DNA of 64,000 bases from Eledone cirrhosa (GCA_964016885.1 OZ024740.1:93062001-93126000), one strand, 5' to 3'. Positions 33,811 through 48,109 are shown, numbered from the stretch's first letter. Notes: generated from the sequence alone by a model not told the origin. Translations and numbers: made by a program.

Positions 33811-34763
33811 CGAGTATATTAGTATGAGTGTTTATATGTGTGTGTGTACATACATATATATATGTGTGTATAGCTGTGTATATGTATAGATATATGTGTA
33901 TATGAATGTGTGCACAGCTGTAGACGTATGTGTATGTTTGCATCTATTTATGTGTATGTATATTTTTAGTTGAGTATCAATATAACTATACCTCTATCTA
34001 TGATGTGGGTATATGCACGTTATTATCTTTGAAATGTATGCGTTTTGACTATGTAATCATGTATTTATCTGAGTTTGATTATTTATACATATACATATTT
34101 GAAAGTATTTTAAGGCATACATACGCTGAATTATACTAAGTACAATTTACTACATCGTACTATAATGTGTTAGATTAGATTATATAATTGTATTACTGTA
34201 TTTCGATATATCATTATAATTTTCATCTTTTAATATACTATCTTTCCTAGCCATAACCTTAATATATATTCACCTAAAAACTCCATACAACACAACTCAA
34301 CATTTAATTTTGACATTCATTTTAAACTTCAATATACCATATACATTCAACTATCAATTTGACAATCCCTTTCTTCCTAATAGATTTGTTATGGGAGTTC
34401 TGTTATTAACATCACTCAACCATTCCTTTCAAATGTTCATGCTCTCAGCTAAATTGAATTATTTTTCATCTTAACATCATATGGAAAAAAACAATCTGGT
34501 TAGTTCTTCAACTACTTCCAAACAAAGTCATACAACTAAACATAATACTAATTTTTTACTAATTTTGAATAACATTATTATTGCTTTTGACAGCAGCTGG
34601 TGATATGCATATAAGTAAATATTCTCTTTATCTGATATTTTGTAAGCAACCTTACATAGATTGATATCGAAGTATAGTTACGATGTATTATCATCACCTA
34701 GAAACCATCGTAAATCAGTGAAGTATATTTTTAATGATTTGATTTTGTATTTCATTGTTTTAA

Positions 34764-34766
<3 letters not shown>
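33390..34766 (+). mobile_element. Right arm of the older PLE-type fold-back, with long-stem-II HHR relic at 34578-34721
   Basis: Reverse complement of 20247-21460 and of 32375-32420. HHR relic: ttattgctt-TTGACAG...GAAA-ccatcg-TA-aatcagtga. Confidence 0.8.
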
Positions 34767-34841
<75 letters not shown>

Positions 34842-34851
34842 AGTGTGTGTG

Positions 34852-34915
<64 letters not shown>

Positions 34916-35126
34916 GCAGGAAATTGTAGTTTACTTGAAGCGTTGCGTAATGAGGTATACACTTTTGGAGTTAGAAGGCCAAAACAATGTGGGTATGGAT
35001 ATAGAATATAAATAGAAATGCAAAAGATATTGCTGACAATGAGTCTTTTACCTTAAATTTATTTGAATATTGTTAGTTTTGGAGATAATATCTCTTCTTC
35101 AGAGTGAAGTAAAGGGGTTAATCCAC

Positions 35127-35228
<102 letters not shown>

Positions 35229-35579
35229 CAGCACACAAATAAAAATACATAACTCTACTTCCTTTATGTCAATGGAAAGTCTGAATTTTGACAACCCAGC
35301 ACACCAGCCATATTCACTGAACCAGAACAATTCTCCCCATCCAGTTTTCCTTGACTATTGTCTTTTGTTTGGCACAACATTCTCTAAATGGCTACAAAAT
35401 ACGGGCGCGAAATTTAATTATCCTGTTCACGTGACAGTCATAATTTCATTTATAATTTCATTTATAACCAATGAAAGTGCATTTATAAAAAGAAGCCTTC
35501 GCGAGCCACTTTTTGTTTCAGTAAAAAGAAATTCAAACGAAAAATGGCGCAAATGGTTATGTGCTTTTTCAAGTGACTA

Positions 35580-35780
35580 GCATTTCGAGCCATTTTTTTT
35601 ACATATTAAACAGAAGCAACATTCGAAGACCAAACAGATGGGAGAAAAACAACAAACGGTCCATCTGAATTCTACTTTTGAAAAGCACAAGAACTGCGAA
35701 ACCGGTAGAGGAACCATATAGATATATTTAAAAAAAAAAGGACTCCAGTTTTATTTTCGATTTCACCTTTTTTCCTTATA
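35580..35780 (+). mobile_element. Diverged copy of the 6153-6395 arm with HHR at ~35675-35711
   Basis: TTGAAAA-gcacaagaactgc-GAAA-ccgg-TA-gagg, ending in (TA)n. Confidence 0.7.
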
Positions 35781-35946
35781 TATATATATATATATATATA
35801 TTTTGAGTTTATGTTGGTTGTATACCAACACCTCAGTATGCAGGCTGGAGCACTCGACAAAGTGCGCAGGTTGGTTTGGTTACTCCGGAGTAGTGTAAAA
35901 TAAAGTTAAATAAAAGTCAAATGATTAAAATTTAGCTTCGTTTATT

Positions 35947-36001
35947 ACTGCTATATATATTTCAGTGACAGCCATCTTTGGCTGTGACCTCTTCAGGCAG
36001 T
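35947..36001 (-). ncRNA. Type I hammerhead ribozyme
   Basis: Reverse complement of 38641-38695. Confidence 0.85.
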
Positions 36002-37197
36002 TTGAATTAGTATGGTATAGACAAGTACATATGTTGTTTAGGTGTATGATATTGTCAATACTCTGATATGCCCAGTTCCTTGTTGGGTTGTTAATTCACT
36101 GGGGAACTGGAGTCATATGAATTCAAACAAACGAATTTTAGTGTCACAGGTCCCCTTCTCCTCTCATTGGTCAGTTATTAGTGTTGTCATTGTTGGAGTT
36201 AGCTTAAAAATTGATAAAATTGTAGAAGGGACAAGGTGTTGAAGGAACAAAATATCAAAAAATGTGTCAAACTTCCCATTGTTCAGTTCTGAGAGCCTTC
36301 CTCAGTCAGAAGTCTATAGAATTCTTTCTGGGGTGAGGCTCCCTGTAGTGTTTATGCCTGCTATTGTTCAGTACATTTGACCTCCACCATTATTTTGGTA
36401 CTGTTGTTGTTGTAGTGGTCAGCTTATATCTTGCTGCTGCTAACAATTTAGAAGTATTCAGTTTGTGTATTCTCTTCATCCCACCCGCCACCATCGTAGT
36501 GGTGGTGGCGGGGGGGGGGGGGGTTTTATTTCATGTATATGAAGAAATATAAGGCAATAAATGAAGAAAACAGAAGATAAATAAATAATATAATAAAATA
36601 AAATAATTAATATAATTTGTGTAATTTGAAAATAAATAAATAAATAGAGAATAAAGAATAAAGAGTAAATGAGAGATTGGTGAAAAAGTAATGATAATGT
36701 ATATGGAGAAGTGAGAAATAATGTAGGATAAAGTGTGTGTGTGTGTGTGCTATAACCAATCTCAAGGTCAGAATATGTTGGATAGATTGGTATGATACAA
36801 GATGTTAAGATGAGATATTCAATGTGTTTGTGTTATAATCTATCTCAACTTAAAATAAATATAAATATAAGGTTATACAGTGAAGAGGGCAGAAAACAAA
36901 TAACAAATTAATATAGAGAAATCAAGATTTAAGATTGGAACTTTAAAGTCAGAAATCTGGTAAATTAAAAGTGTTTGTGTTATAGATGTTGGCCAGATTA
37001 TTATGGCTGTGTCCGATTCTGTCTCTAGGCTATCATGGTGTCTGCTCCGCCTGGGTTGTTCCCTATGGCTTGAGGGGAGTTCACAACCTAGGGTGTTGTA
37101 ATTGTCCATATAGCTTGAGGGAGGTCTGGCCGAGAGGTGTTTTCATGTTCTGTAGAAGTCCCTATAGCTTGAGGGGAGTTCACATCTTCTTGTGTTG

Positions 37198-38146
37198 CTA
37201 CTGTCCATATATTTTGAGAAAGGTCCCGGCTCTAAGGTGTCTGCATGTCCCGAAGAAGTCGGTTCTGAGGTTTATCAGGCCGCTTCCACCTCTTAGTATC
37301 TCGAGGGTCTCGTTCAGGCATAGTTTGCATATGCAAGATCCCCCTTTATCGGGTGGTACTTTCCTGATTATGTACCAGGCCAGAGAGTATGGGGTCCTGT
37401 CCAGCTTAAGCTTCCAGATCAGGTCGGAGAGAGCTGTGCTTTTCCTGTTGGCCTCCTTCTTGAATGAATGGCGATGGTTGTACAAGCGGTCCTTAAAGCT
37501 CGTTGATGTGGCTCCTATGTAGAGGTGTTCGGAGTTGGGGGTTTTAACCCTACAACCGTACACTATGTTCTTCTTGAGACATTCATTAGCAAGGGGGCAT
37601 GATTCGGGGTTTCTACAGTTGCAGAGGGTGGGCGGCCTCTGCGTGCTTAGATTAGGGTTCTCATTATGTGTTACATGTTGGTCTTCCCCCATGCTCGGTG
37701 GGGGGTCCTTGGGTCTGTTTGTGTTTCTTGGGTGGGCTCTGGGTCCCCCCTTCCCTCCTTTCACATGGTTCTGCTGAGTGTTTGTATTGCCATCTTCTGG
37801 TTGTGTGTGGTTTTTAAGCCTACTTCTGTTGATGCTAGCTATGTGTTGGGCCAAATTTCTCGTGGTGGAATACGAAAGCTTCACAGTGTGTCTGTTGAAG
37901 ATCCTGTGGTATCTGTGGTCCCTCGGGAAGCATTTGTCAAGTGCTCCAAAGAACAATCGGGCCAAGCTTTTCTTTAGGGCCGCTGAGTAGGGTGGGTTGT
38001 ACCACGTGATTTGTCGGTGTCTCCTCCTATATGTGTGGGTTGGGGGCTTCGTGATTTGTTGGAGATTTGTTGGTTTGCTGGTGGTTTCCGCACTGTTGCT
38101 TCCCTTTTGGGCTCTATACTTTCTGTTATCAGAAAGGTGGTTATCA
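37198..38146 (-). pseudogene. PLE ORF C-terminus (linker plus GIY-YIG), 5'-truncated
   Basis: FPRDHRYHRIFNRHTVKLSYS, CNCRNPESCPLANEC, IVYGC...LYIGATSTSFKDRLYNHRHSF, CKLCLNE. Confidence 0.92.
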
Positions 38147-38640
38147 GATGGTGGCGGGTGGGATGAAGAGAAAACACAAACTGAATACTTCTAAATTGTT
38201 AGCAGCAGCAAGATATAAGCTGACCACTACAACAACAACAGTACCAAAATAATGGTGGAGGTCAAATGTACTGAACAATAGCAGGCATAAACACTACAGG
38301 GAGCCTCACCCCAGAAAGAATTCTATAGACTTCTGACTGAGGAAGGCTCTCAGAACTGAACAATGGGAAGTTTGACACATTTTTTGATATTTTGTTCCTT
38401 CAACACCTTGTCCCTTCTACCATTTTATCAATTTTTAAGCTAACTCCAACAATGACAACACTAATACCTGACCAATGAGAGGAGAAGGGGACCTGTGACA
38501 CTAAAATTCGTTTGTTTGAATTCATATGACTCCAGTTCCCCAGTGAATTAACAACCCAACAAGGAACTGGGCATATCAGAGTATTGACAATATCATACAC
38601 CTAAACAACATATGTACTTGTCTATACCATACTAATTCAA

Positions 38641-38695
38641 ACTGCCTGAAGAGGTCACAGCCAAAGATGGCTGTCACTGAAATATATATAGCAGT
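38641..38695 (+). ncRNA. Type I hammerhead ribozyme
   Basis: actgc-CTGAAGA-ggtcacagcc aaagat ggctgtcact-GAAA-tatata-TA-gcagt. Confidence 0.85.
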
Positions 38696-38739
38696 AATAA
38701 ACGAAGCTAAATTTTAATCATTTGACTTTTATTTAACTT

Positions 38740-38785
<46 letters not shown>

Positions 38786-38787
<2 letters not shown>

Positions 38788-41700
38788 CAATGGAATTGTG
38801 GTAAGGAACCAGATGGATCATAACGCACCAGAATACTAAATACTTAGGGTAGTAGAGTGGGAAATAGGAAAAGGTATGACCCCGACGGCAGAGCTCAAGC
38901 CGTCGACGGCTATTTCTGGACTAAATTACAGTTTTTAGCCTGATGAATAAATAGCCGAACTTGCCAGGGGGTGCTTCCTCATATGGGAAGACTGTAGTTT
39001 TCAAGATGATTGGTTACAATTTGTTGTAAACACAAATAAGTTTATCATGGCATTTGGTGGGAGGTAGGGGTTACTGAACTTCCCTGCAGAACAATAGGGG
39101 AGTGAGAGGAGTTCTCAAAACATCGACCTTTTTGCGAAAAGACTAAGATGGAGAACTTTTTCTACGATAGATAACGCGACAATCAGGACTTCGACACCAG
39201 AGAAAGATTCGGATTTAATACCTACAAATCTCCCCATCCGAACCCTATTCTCTCACCCTTTCGAGAACGACCTTTTCCACCTGGTCAAGATAAATACATT
39301 CAAAACCAGACACAACAGATTCCTACAACAACTCCGTTGCAAAATAACAGAGTATGACAACAGCAACGAAATCATGGTGCACTCGGAAAAAACTGGTAAC
39401 CTCTACTTCGTCAACCCCAACGGATACCACACACTGATCAGGAGCAGCCTAAACTCCATCTATATAAAGGCTACCCATTCAATTATCGAGGACATACATC
39501 GAGATGGACAACAGATTACCTCCAGCCTCGGGGTCGCCGACCACACTGATCCCTAGACCCACGGACTCCCTACTTCACATTGAAGGACCACACATCCGAC
39601 TTCGACCGCAAACCTTCCATTAGGCTTATCAAGCGAACGAAGTCGGACTTAGGGAGTATCAGTAAAAATATCCTAGACCGCATTATACCAAAAGTTAAGC
39701 CAAACCTGAGACTTAGCCTATGTATCAGCACCCATGAAGTAATCTCATGGCTCATGAATAAGGAGGACAAACGAGACACAAAATTCATCCAATTTGACAT
39801 AGATATTTACTATGCATCTATTACCTTACCGCTCCTTACGGCCGGCTTGGAATTTGCCGAAACACTCACACCCATCACTGACCAAGAAATAAATATCAAT
39901 CTCCACGCCAAGAAGACAATCCTACTTTTCGACAACTCCAAGTGGATAAAGAGAGCTCCCGACTCTCTCTTCGACGTCGGTATGGGGGCGACGGATTCAG
40001 CCCGCGTCACAGAACTTATAAGATTATTCCTACTATTTAACCGCACTGAACTGTTTCTTGCATACGGCGGTGGATTGTACCGGGATGATGGGATCCTCAC
40101 CCTCAAAGGGTACAACCCTAGTAGTACAGACCGGGTCCGTAAACAACTAATCAACTTTTTCCGGGACTGGAGATTTAAAATCACCCTACAAAAGTCCATA
40201 ACCCTAGTCAAATTCCTGGACGTAACGCTAAACCTAGAAAATGATCTGTACTACCCATACCGGAAACCAAACGACCACCTGCACTACATCCAGCGCCGCT
40301 CTAACCATCCTAGAAACATCACCAATCACCTGGTTAAAAATATCTCCCTCCGCATATCTCGTTTGTCAGCTAATGAGCAGATATTCGACGAACATGCGCC
40401 TCAATACAACCAGGCCCTCAAGAGGGGGTCGCTTCCGGGAGGAAATATCCTTTTATCCAGCTTCCCTTAGCGGAACCAGCAGGCGACACCGCCGATCACG
40501 CAACGTAACGTGGTTCAATCCTCCCTATAATGCAGAGGTGGCAACACCTATCGGGAAAATCTTCTTTAGGCTGCTCGAAAAACACTTCCCACTACAAGAC
40601 CGCTACCACAACATAATCAATAAAAACACCATCAAACACTTCTACAGCACCACACCTAACTTCACACAAAACATCGTCTCCTCAAACAACAAAAAACTCA
40701 ACCTCTATGGAAGAAAGAATCTAGACATAAGTGGAGAGCCGACCAGGAAGTGTAACTGCCCTGATAGGTCTACGTGCCCCTTCAACAACAAATGCCGAGA
40801 CCGTGCGTGATCTATCAGTGCAACGTGAGGACGGACACCTCTAACAAAGCTTATATAGTATTAACCGCGTGTGACTTCAAAATCCGGCTCTACCAACACC
40901 GACATACTTTCCGAAACCCGGTCCGGCAACATGACACTACACATTCGAGCCACCTCTGGGACATCCAATATCATAATATAACCTATAATCTCACTTGGAG
41001 GTTACTGTCCAGAGCTAACTCTTACATGGGAGGACGCCGTCCGTGTAACTTATGCTCGGAGGAAACATTACAAATACTGTTTTTGAAGGACCAACTCCTA
41101 AACAAGAAAGACGAACTGATAACCGCATGCAAACACAGATTGCGTAGGCCTTACCTCGCCCTCAACCCCATAACGATCCGGTGGGTAGCCAAGGGCTGAT
41201 ACCCGCCCACTTGCCGAATAAGTTAGGGAAAACCCCAGCTTACATAGGTAGATGTATCTGTTTTATTTTCATCTATGTCTTCTTCTTCCCCCTGTCTCAT
41301 CCTATCACTCCCTTCCACCCTCTATTTTCTTCCTCGTCTGCTTTTCCCCGTTCGCCTACCCGATGCAGCCCATCGGGCCTCTGTAGCATCAGTTTTCCCA
41401 CCCCTGTAATTTTAAGATAGGATTGGCAGAATACGTTTTACTAACTATTTATAGCAGATGCGTTAGACCCCTTTAATTTTGTATCAGTTATGGTACTACT
41501 CAATTTTTACAAGTTTTTTTTCTATTCTCAACTTACTAACCTGTAATTGTAAGATAATATTGTGATTTATTTTATTCATGTCACACTGTCTAAATTCATA
41601 TATTTTTTTTTTTATTTTTATTATCTTTTATTGTCACCTACACTCATTCGAATTACCTATTCTGTAACCTCCCTTCTACATTTCATACACTATCCTAAGA

Positions 41701-41986
41701 ATCTGCTGTACACTTATCACTTTCAACGCTTAACCGACACCTCTCACTCCCCTATTGTCCTACAGGCAAGTTCAGCCACCCCTACATCCCACCAAATGCC
41801 ATGATTGACTTATTTGTGATTACAACCCATTTTAACCAATTCTCTTGACAACTACAATCTTCCAATATAAGGAAGTACCCCCTTGACAAGTTCGGCTATT
41901 TATTCACCAGGCTAAAAATTCGTATTAATTTAGTCCAGAAATAGCCGTCAAAACGGCTTGAACTCTGGCGTCGGTGTCATATTTCT

Positions 41987-41990
<4 letters not shown>
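38786..41990. mobile_element. Older PLE with ~250-bp inverted ends (~38865-39113/41740-41990)
   Basis: IR ~80% by eye. Shares its terminus with the elements at 16024 and 21490. (TA)n flanks. Confidence 0.85.
39115..41199 (+). pseudogene. PLE RT plus GIY-YIG, disrupted by a stop and frameshifts
   Basis: QFDIDIYYASI, FDVGMGA, GLYRDDG, FLDVTLNL, VTWFNPPY, CNCPDRSTCP, VIYQC...FKIRLYQHRHTF, CNLCSEE across three frames. Confidence 0.93.
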
Positions 41991-42033
<43 letters not shown>

Positions 42034-42144
42034 TAAAAGGAATACAAACTTTGTCTGATTCACTCGTTTTATTTACATTCCTTTAAAATGATAATGATAT
42101 TATAATGAAATATTATGGTAGAATATTAAATGTTAAATGTTAAT

Positions 42145-42183
42145 TGAACAAGTATTTTCATGCTTTCACAATCTTCAGGTTCA
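42145..42183 (-). ncRNA. Minimal type I hammerhead ribozyme candidate in a short (TA)n-flanked element (~42030-42570)
   Basis: Minus strand: tgaac-CTGAAGA-ttgt gaaa gcat-GAAA-atac-TT-gttca. Stems II and III are weak. Confidence 0.55.
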
Positions 42184-42720
42184 TAAACAAATGGTGACAG
42201 TCAAGGGGTGACATTCAAGTTTGCAATGAACATTGTAAACTTGACTGTCATGAATTGAATCCTCTGTTCGATCATGAATACCACGAGCTTGCCAGTTACG
42301 TAAATCTGATATTTGATTTCCGATTCATAGAAACACTTTAAACGTATAACGTTTGATTTGTCCAGGTGTATTTGTTCTCAACCTGTTAGTTCTTTCGTTA
42401 CTTTGGTATTGTATGTTAGATTTTGCCTACCACAATGTTCAATTTGTCAAGCTATTTAAACATGTTATTACACTAAGCACCTACCTTGCCGAGTGCTTTG
42501 CTAACTCATTCATATTGTAGGTCGAATTTTCTTGCACACCGCCAAAGATTCGATTTTACTAAGCATCCAATTATATATATATATATATATTAGAAAGTGA
42601 GGTTATTTTACAAAATGAGAAAAACGAGGTGTCCTACACGAGTTAAAGTATAAGGAAAATAGATGAAATTGAAAATGCAACTGGAGTCTTTTTTTTTAAA
42701 TATATTTATTTGGTTCCTTC

Positions 42721-42805
<85 letters not shown>

Positions 42806-43773
42806 CCTCATAGAAAGGAAAAAAGTAAGAAATCTGTATGTTGTAGATTTAGTATGGGAAATGTAATTTTCAAATACTCAAAGTTACAAATGATTTAACG
42901 GGAAGTTATGATTCCATTAAATAATAAGGTGTTGAGAAATACCTGCTTCAGTTACACAGGAGATGTACAGATTAAGATTAGTATTGTTTGGTGTTCTGCA
43001 TGGCTCCTTAAGCATAATTTGTTTTCATTGCATGAGGGTATGGTTTAATGATTTGGTTGTATTTATGTTATATTGATGAACATAGTGTGTTTGCGTCTAT
43101 GCATACACTATTGTTTAGATTATTTGAATTATTAAATGATAAAATGAATGTGGGAAAGTTATATTCAACCTCTCTACCATCGGATGATCTTAACCATAGT
43201 CTGACGTTTCTCAAACACACACACTACGCATTTCTTACTTGGGCCTGAACACTCTAGATCTATATGCGCAAACATTATTTGCCCTCGAGGCTGCATTACA
43301 AATATGTTTGTTTTGCACACGTAGATCCCATACACCACGTCGCTCATCTATTTCCATAGGGCATATATTTACAATTACATTAGTTAGAACCTTCCATCTA
43401 TGTAGTTGAAACATACATCCCGTTTTCCATCAGTCATTGATTACATTCTACGAGCTTCCATCTCTACATGTATGCCACCTCCGTCATCGAGGAAATGTTG
43501 TTTTCAAAGAGCATATTACATGTTAGCTCTCATACACTAGATGTAATAATTCTGCAAAATGACAAACCTTCGCAAAGCGGATTTCTTTCCATTAAACCAT
43601 TTATTTTAATTACATATTATGTAATATGCATGATATTTTTCAAAATGTAATGCTAAGAAACTATAGGCATGTATGCTTATAATGTTAACATGAAAACCAA
43701 AAATATATCCGCGCACCAAATATCTTAAAATTTGCCAGCGTGCAATAAAGTGAAAAGAGAGAGAGAGAGAGAA

Positions 43774-43869
<96 letters not shown>

Positions 43870-46625
43870 ATTGGTGGAGGGTGAGGATGATGATAGGTAT
43901 TGATTTTGAATTGTTATAGTGGTGAAGAAATCAGAATCCATAGGCGTTTCCATTTAGGAACTTCAAAAGAAATGGAAGGGCACTAACTATAATCCAGAAA
44001 GAGGATACTACAAAGAGGGGTGTTGATCAGAAAAACATTATCTGAACTTATTTATGCGAAGAGAAGAAATAATTTAATGGCAAAATAGAGTTTGAAAATA
44101 ATATTTTCCGTCAGTCAAAATTAAATTTACGATTTCATTTAGATTTTAATCCAGATTTTATCCACATGTCCATGTTAATCAGCAGAATCACTAGACCAGT
44201 CGTGTCAATAGAGCCTCATATATTGGGGAATGGGTGATATTTATATACTTATTTTTTCAACTGTAATGGCTGTGTGGGCAGAAGACCTGTGTGCATTGTT
44301 TCCACGATCAGGGCTACCCGAATTATCCACAGTGACACACCACAAAAATACATCTCTACATTCAAACCGTTTATTATTCGTCCCACTGTAATCTCCAACC
44401 TCATGCAAAGTGGGAAATAGCCACCGTCGTTGTCTATGAGATATAGATCATGGGAGGTCACTGACAAATGAAGATTCCGAATGATATTTATTTAATTAAT
44501 TGATTACAATACAGGTGTTGACTTTCCTTTGGGCGGCTGGAAGCAAAATGATTATGCCAAAAGCCAAACTCATTGCACTATAACTCAGTAAACTGTAGCC
44601 TAATTCTATGCTTGTGAAACAACAATTCTCTAAAATGTTCATATGTTTAAGTCGTCGTCTTCTTCTTTCTCTTTTACTTTTTCCTTTTCTTTTTTTTTCT
44701 GTTTTTATCTGTTTCTTCTTTTTCTTTTTCTTTTTTTTCTTTTTCTTATTTTTCTTCCTATTTATTCTTTAATGTTTCTTCTTTCTTCTTCTTTCTTCTT
44801 CTTTCTTCTTCTTTCTTCTTCTTTCTTCTTCTTTCTTCTTCTTAACGCATTCATTCCTGGGAAGTTTGATTGGGGCACATTTCTTAGATACGCCTTTTAG
44901 ATGTTACTATCAGAGGCAAACATCTTTAATTGTGGTCTCTTGATAGTTGATTTATTCATATAAGATGACACACAAATATATAACTGTCTATTTAAGTGCG
45001 ATACTAAACTATAAATAAGTTGGAATTCCGTTTCTTCGAAGCGCCTGTCTTGTCTGCAGAATTCGGATAAAGCATTTCAGAAATTAAGTAGTGTTATCGT
45101 TTGTCATTCCATAGTATCTCTACTTCGAAAACAATGTTATCAATATTATTTGAAGACCATTTCTATTTTCTATATTCCGATTCGATTCAGCTCAGATTGT
45201 GTATATTGCTAAAACTCTTAGTATTCTCGGATAGAGTTTCTGTCACTTTAACTCATATATCTTGAATATAGAAGGGTATTAAGTGTCAATCTTTGAATAT
45301 TACATGGAACAGCATTTGTAGTATACGTTATTGAAATGAATTTCTAAATGTACCCTTTTACGAGCTACTCGTTTTCAGGTATTGAGTAGAATACCGCTGT
45401 ACCTCGATCGAGTGTAAATAAAACAAATTTATAAAATGTCCAAATGTGTGCCAGTTTATCATAATGACTAGACGTAATATTGGAAATGCTTTTATTTTCT
45501 GAAAGCATTTCAGCATTTTCTCTTAGATATAAATGTAATACAATTATCTCTGAAAGCATTTTGTATCATTGATGTTAGAAAATCAATAAGGTACAAATAT
45601 ACAATCTCTAAATTATTATATACTCTAATTGTAAGTTTAATTTTAAAATGAATTACATAATGCATGAAAAGCTGAAACGCCACAGGAGACATTAGAAAGC
45701 AACCTACTAATATATATATTTTTAAACATTTTTTTCCAATGCATATCCCCTAACAAATTTGAATAACCTGGATGAACATATATACTTATTGATGATGGCA
45801 TTCGATTGGAAACAGATGGAAAATGTTTTATTTTAAATATATCCTATTTTGACACTTTGGGGATTAAATACTCTGAATATGGCAATGGCTATGTTATGCG
45901 GCAATAAATATTTAGTATTAATATGACATTAAAAAGTATTATCGTCATGGTTCGTTGTTTTAATACAATAGAAAAATATACTTTTTTTCAAAGTTGAAAG
46001 CATTATCCTCATTCGTTTCAATGTATTTACATCTAGGATGAATTGCTATAGTGATGAGCTTTATATAGCAGAACGATGAATATGGCTTTAGAATGTCATT
46101 CACCACAATAACCATTAAGTATGATATGAAATAAGAATATTTCATCAGCTGCCTAGATCTCTGAATGAACGCAAGTTTCGAATACATATTAAATGGTCAA
46201 ATATTTCTTCTATTTCAGAGGCCATTTTATAACATATCTGGACATAGCTTTTTTAACGTTTCAATAGATTTAAAAAGTTACATTTACGAATATATGTCGA
46301 GTAATAATTCTCTGAATATTATTTAAAGTTTACTCTTTTATTCTGCTGATGTTCCCATTGGATGTTTACAATTATAAATACATCCTCACATTTCTTATTT
46401 TACCACTTGCACTATTTATACATATTGCATATTAGATTTCACAGCATTTTGCAGTGTTCTGCAAGTGAGGAACTACTTTGAAATCAAGTAGAATATCATT
46501 GATAGAAATACTATCTGATATACGGAAAAAAATGAAACGAAATTTCATTTCCCACTCTTAGTACGGCTGTTACTTAAATATAAGTATGTATACGTACATA
46601 CATATATCTATACAGATGTACAGTA

Positions 46626-46683
<58 letters not shown>

Positions 46684-46819
46684 GCACACATATATATATG
46701 TACGTATGGATTCACCGAACATTTATTATAATGCTAGGTGTGTTTGTAAGCAAACATCCCGTATTAAGCCGTAGTGTCCAGCAACCACCGTTGCTCGTTT
46801 GTTCAACACTGACAAAGGA

Positions 46820-46862
46820 ACGCTGTACTAGTTTCAAGCTTATTAGCTATCGTCAGCAACCT
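46820..46862 (-). ncRNA. Minimal type I hammerhead ribozyme
   Basis: Reverse complement of the 47591-47633 motif, with one stem I change. Confidence 0.8.
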
Positions 46863-47248
46863 ATCATTCCTGCCAGATGCTTGAACGTCCGAAAGTATAT
46901 ACTTTCCTTATGCATATTAACGGCTGAGTAGCCCAATTTGCATATCGAGTGGGCTAATCGGCCGGGTGCACCGAAAACGATAAACGGAAAACATGAAACG
47001 AAATTTCATTTCCCACTCTTAGTACGACTGTTACTTAAATATAAGTATGTATACGTACATACATATATGTATACAGACGTACAGTAGTATGTATATATAT
47101 ATATACATACTTGCACACATATATATATGTACGTAAGGATTCCCTGAATATTTATTATAATGCTAGGTGTGTTTGTAAACAAACATATTGTATTAAGCCG
47201 TAGTGTCCAGCAACCACCGTTGCTCGTTTGTACAACACTGACAAAGGA

Positions 47249-47291
47249 ACGCTGTACTAGTTTCAAGATTATTAGCTATCGTCAGCAACGT
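47249..47291 (-). ncRNA. Minimal type I hammerhead ribozyme
   Basis: Same motif 429 bp from the previous copy, with one stem II mismatch. Confidence 0.72.
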
Positions 47292-47590
47292 ATACCTTCC
47301 TGCCAGATGATTGAATGCCCGAAAGTATATACTTTCCTTATTCATATTAACGGCTGAGTAGCCCAATTTGCATATCGAGTGGATTAATCGGCGGGGTGCA
47401 CCGAAAACGATAAAAGGAAAAAAATGAAACGAAATTTAATTTCCCACTGTTAGTACGGCTGTTACTTAAATATAAGTACGTATACATACTTATATTGCAA
47501 ATTATGATAAGCAAATTGGGCTACTCAGCCGTTAATATGCATCAGGAAATTATATACTTTCGGAGGTTCAATCATCTGGCAGGAAGGTAT

Positions 47591-47633
47591 ACGTTGCTGA
47601 CGATAGCTAATAAGCTTGAAACTAGTACAGCGT
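47591..47633 (+). ncRNA. Minimal type I hammerhead ribozyme
   Basis: acgttg-CTGACGA-t agct aata agct t-GAAA-ctag-TA-cagcgt. Confidence 0.82.
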
Positions 47634-48109
47634 TCCTTTGTCCGTGTTGAACAAACGAGCAACGGTGGTTGCTGGACACTACGGCTTAATACGGGATGTT
47701 TGTTTACTAACACACCAAGCATTATAATAAATGTTCGGTGAATCCATACGTACATATATATATGTGTGCATGTATGTATATATATATACATACTACTGTA
47801 CGTCTGTATACATATATGTATGTACGTATACATACCTATCTGATATATAGTTTCCTTTAATTAATTGATTCATGAATTTATCATTAATCAAATTGTGTCT
47901 TGTGCTTTCATTATCAACGAGTTCATGAACACCTATTTGCAAGTAGTTGTAATTATAAATTATTTAAAGCATTTGAATGTATGCATATTTTATACGTAAC
48001 ATCATGTTTTCAATTCATATTTTATAATCTCTACAGAACTGCTGAAAAAATGTTCATCGTTTCAAGCCGATATCTCCACCTCCGCGCGACATTTCAGTGA
48101 TAGCTTCCT

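Larger units (their letters stand above)
35800..38746. mobile_element. PLE with 600-bp inverted pseudo-LTRs (35896-36495/38147-38746) and unpaired tail 35800-35895
   Basis: Arms are ~99% reverse complements, one HHR each. (TA)n flanks. Confidence 0.93.
46523..47835. mobile_element. Retrozyme-like insertion: two full ~430-460-bp units and one partial unit (HHR on - strand) plus an inverted partial unit (~47510-47835), 12-bp TSD
   Basis: Units start at ~46523, ~46986 and ~47416. TSD CTATCTGATATA at 46511-46522 and 47836-47847. No coding capacity. Confidence 0.88.

Noticed and set aside
36986-37990. Plus-strand ORFs of 70-178 aa, and similar antisense ORFs at 39810 and 62379
   Set aside because: Antisense shadows of retroelement ORFs.
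41840-41965. HHR in the 38786-41990 family (TTGACAA...AAAA-cggc-TT)
   Set aside because: Core halves are not conserved among copies and stems I and III cannot form.
44950-46450. Possible ancient LINE RT remnant
   Set aside because: Only vague motif echoes, not supportable.
47295-47340. Second plus-strand HHR (CAGATGA...GAAA-gtatatac-TT) in the retrozyme unit
   Set aside because: U4 is altered, stems I and II do not pair, and the core is not kept in the first unit.
46523-47835. CRISPR-like array or plain satellite
   Set aside because: No short repeat with unique spacers. The units are ~430 bp and carry HHRs, an inversion and a TSD.
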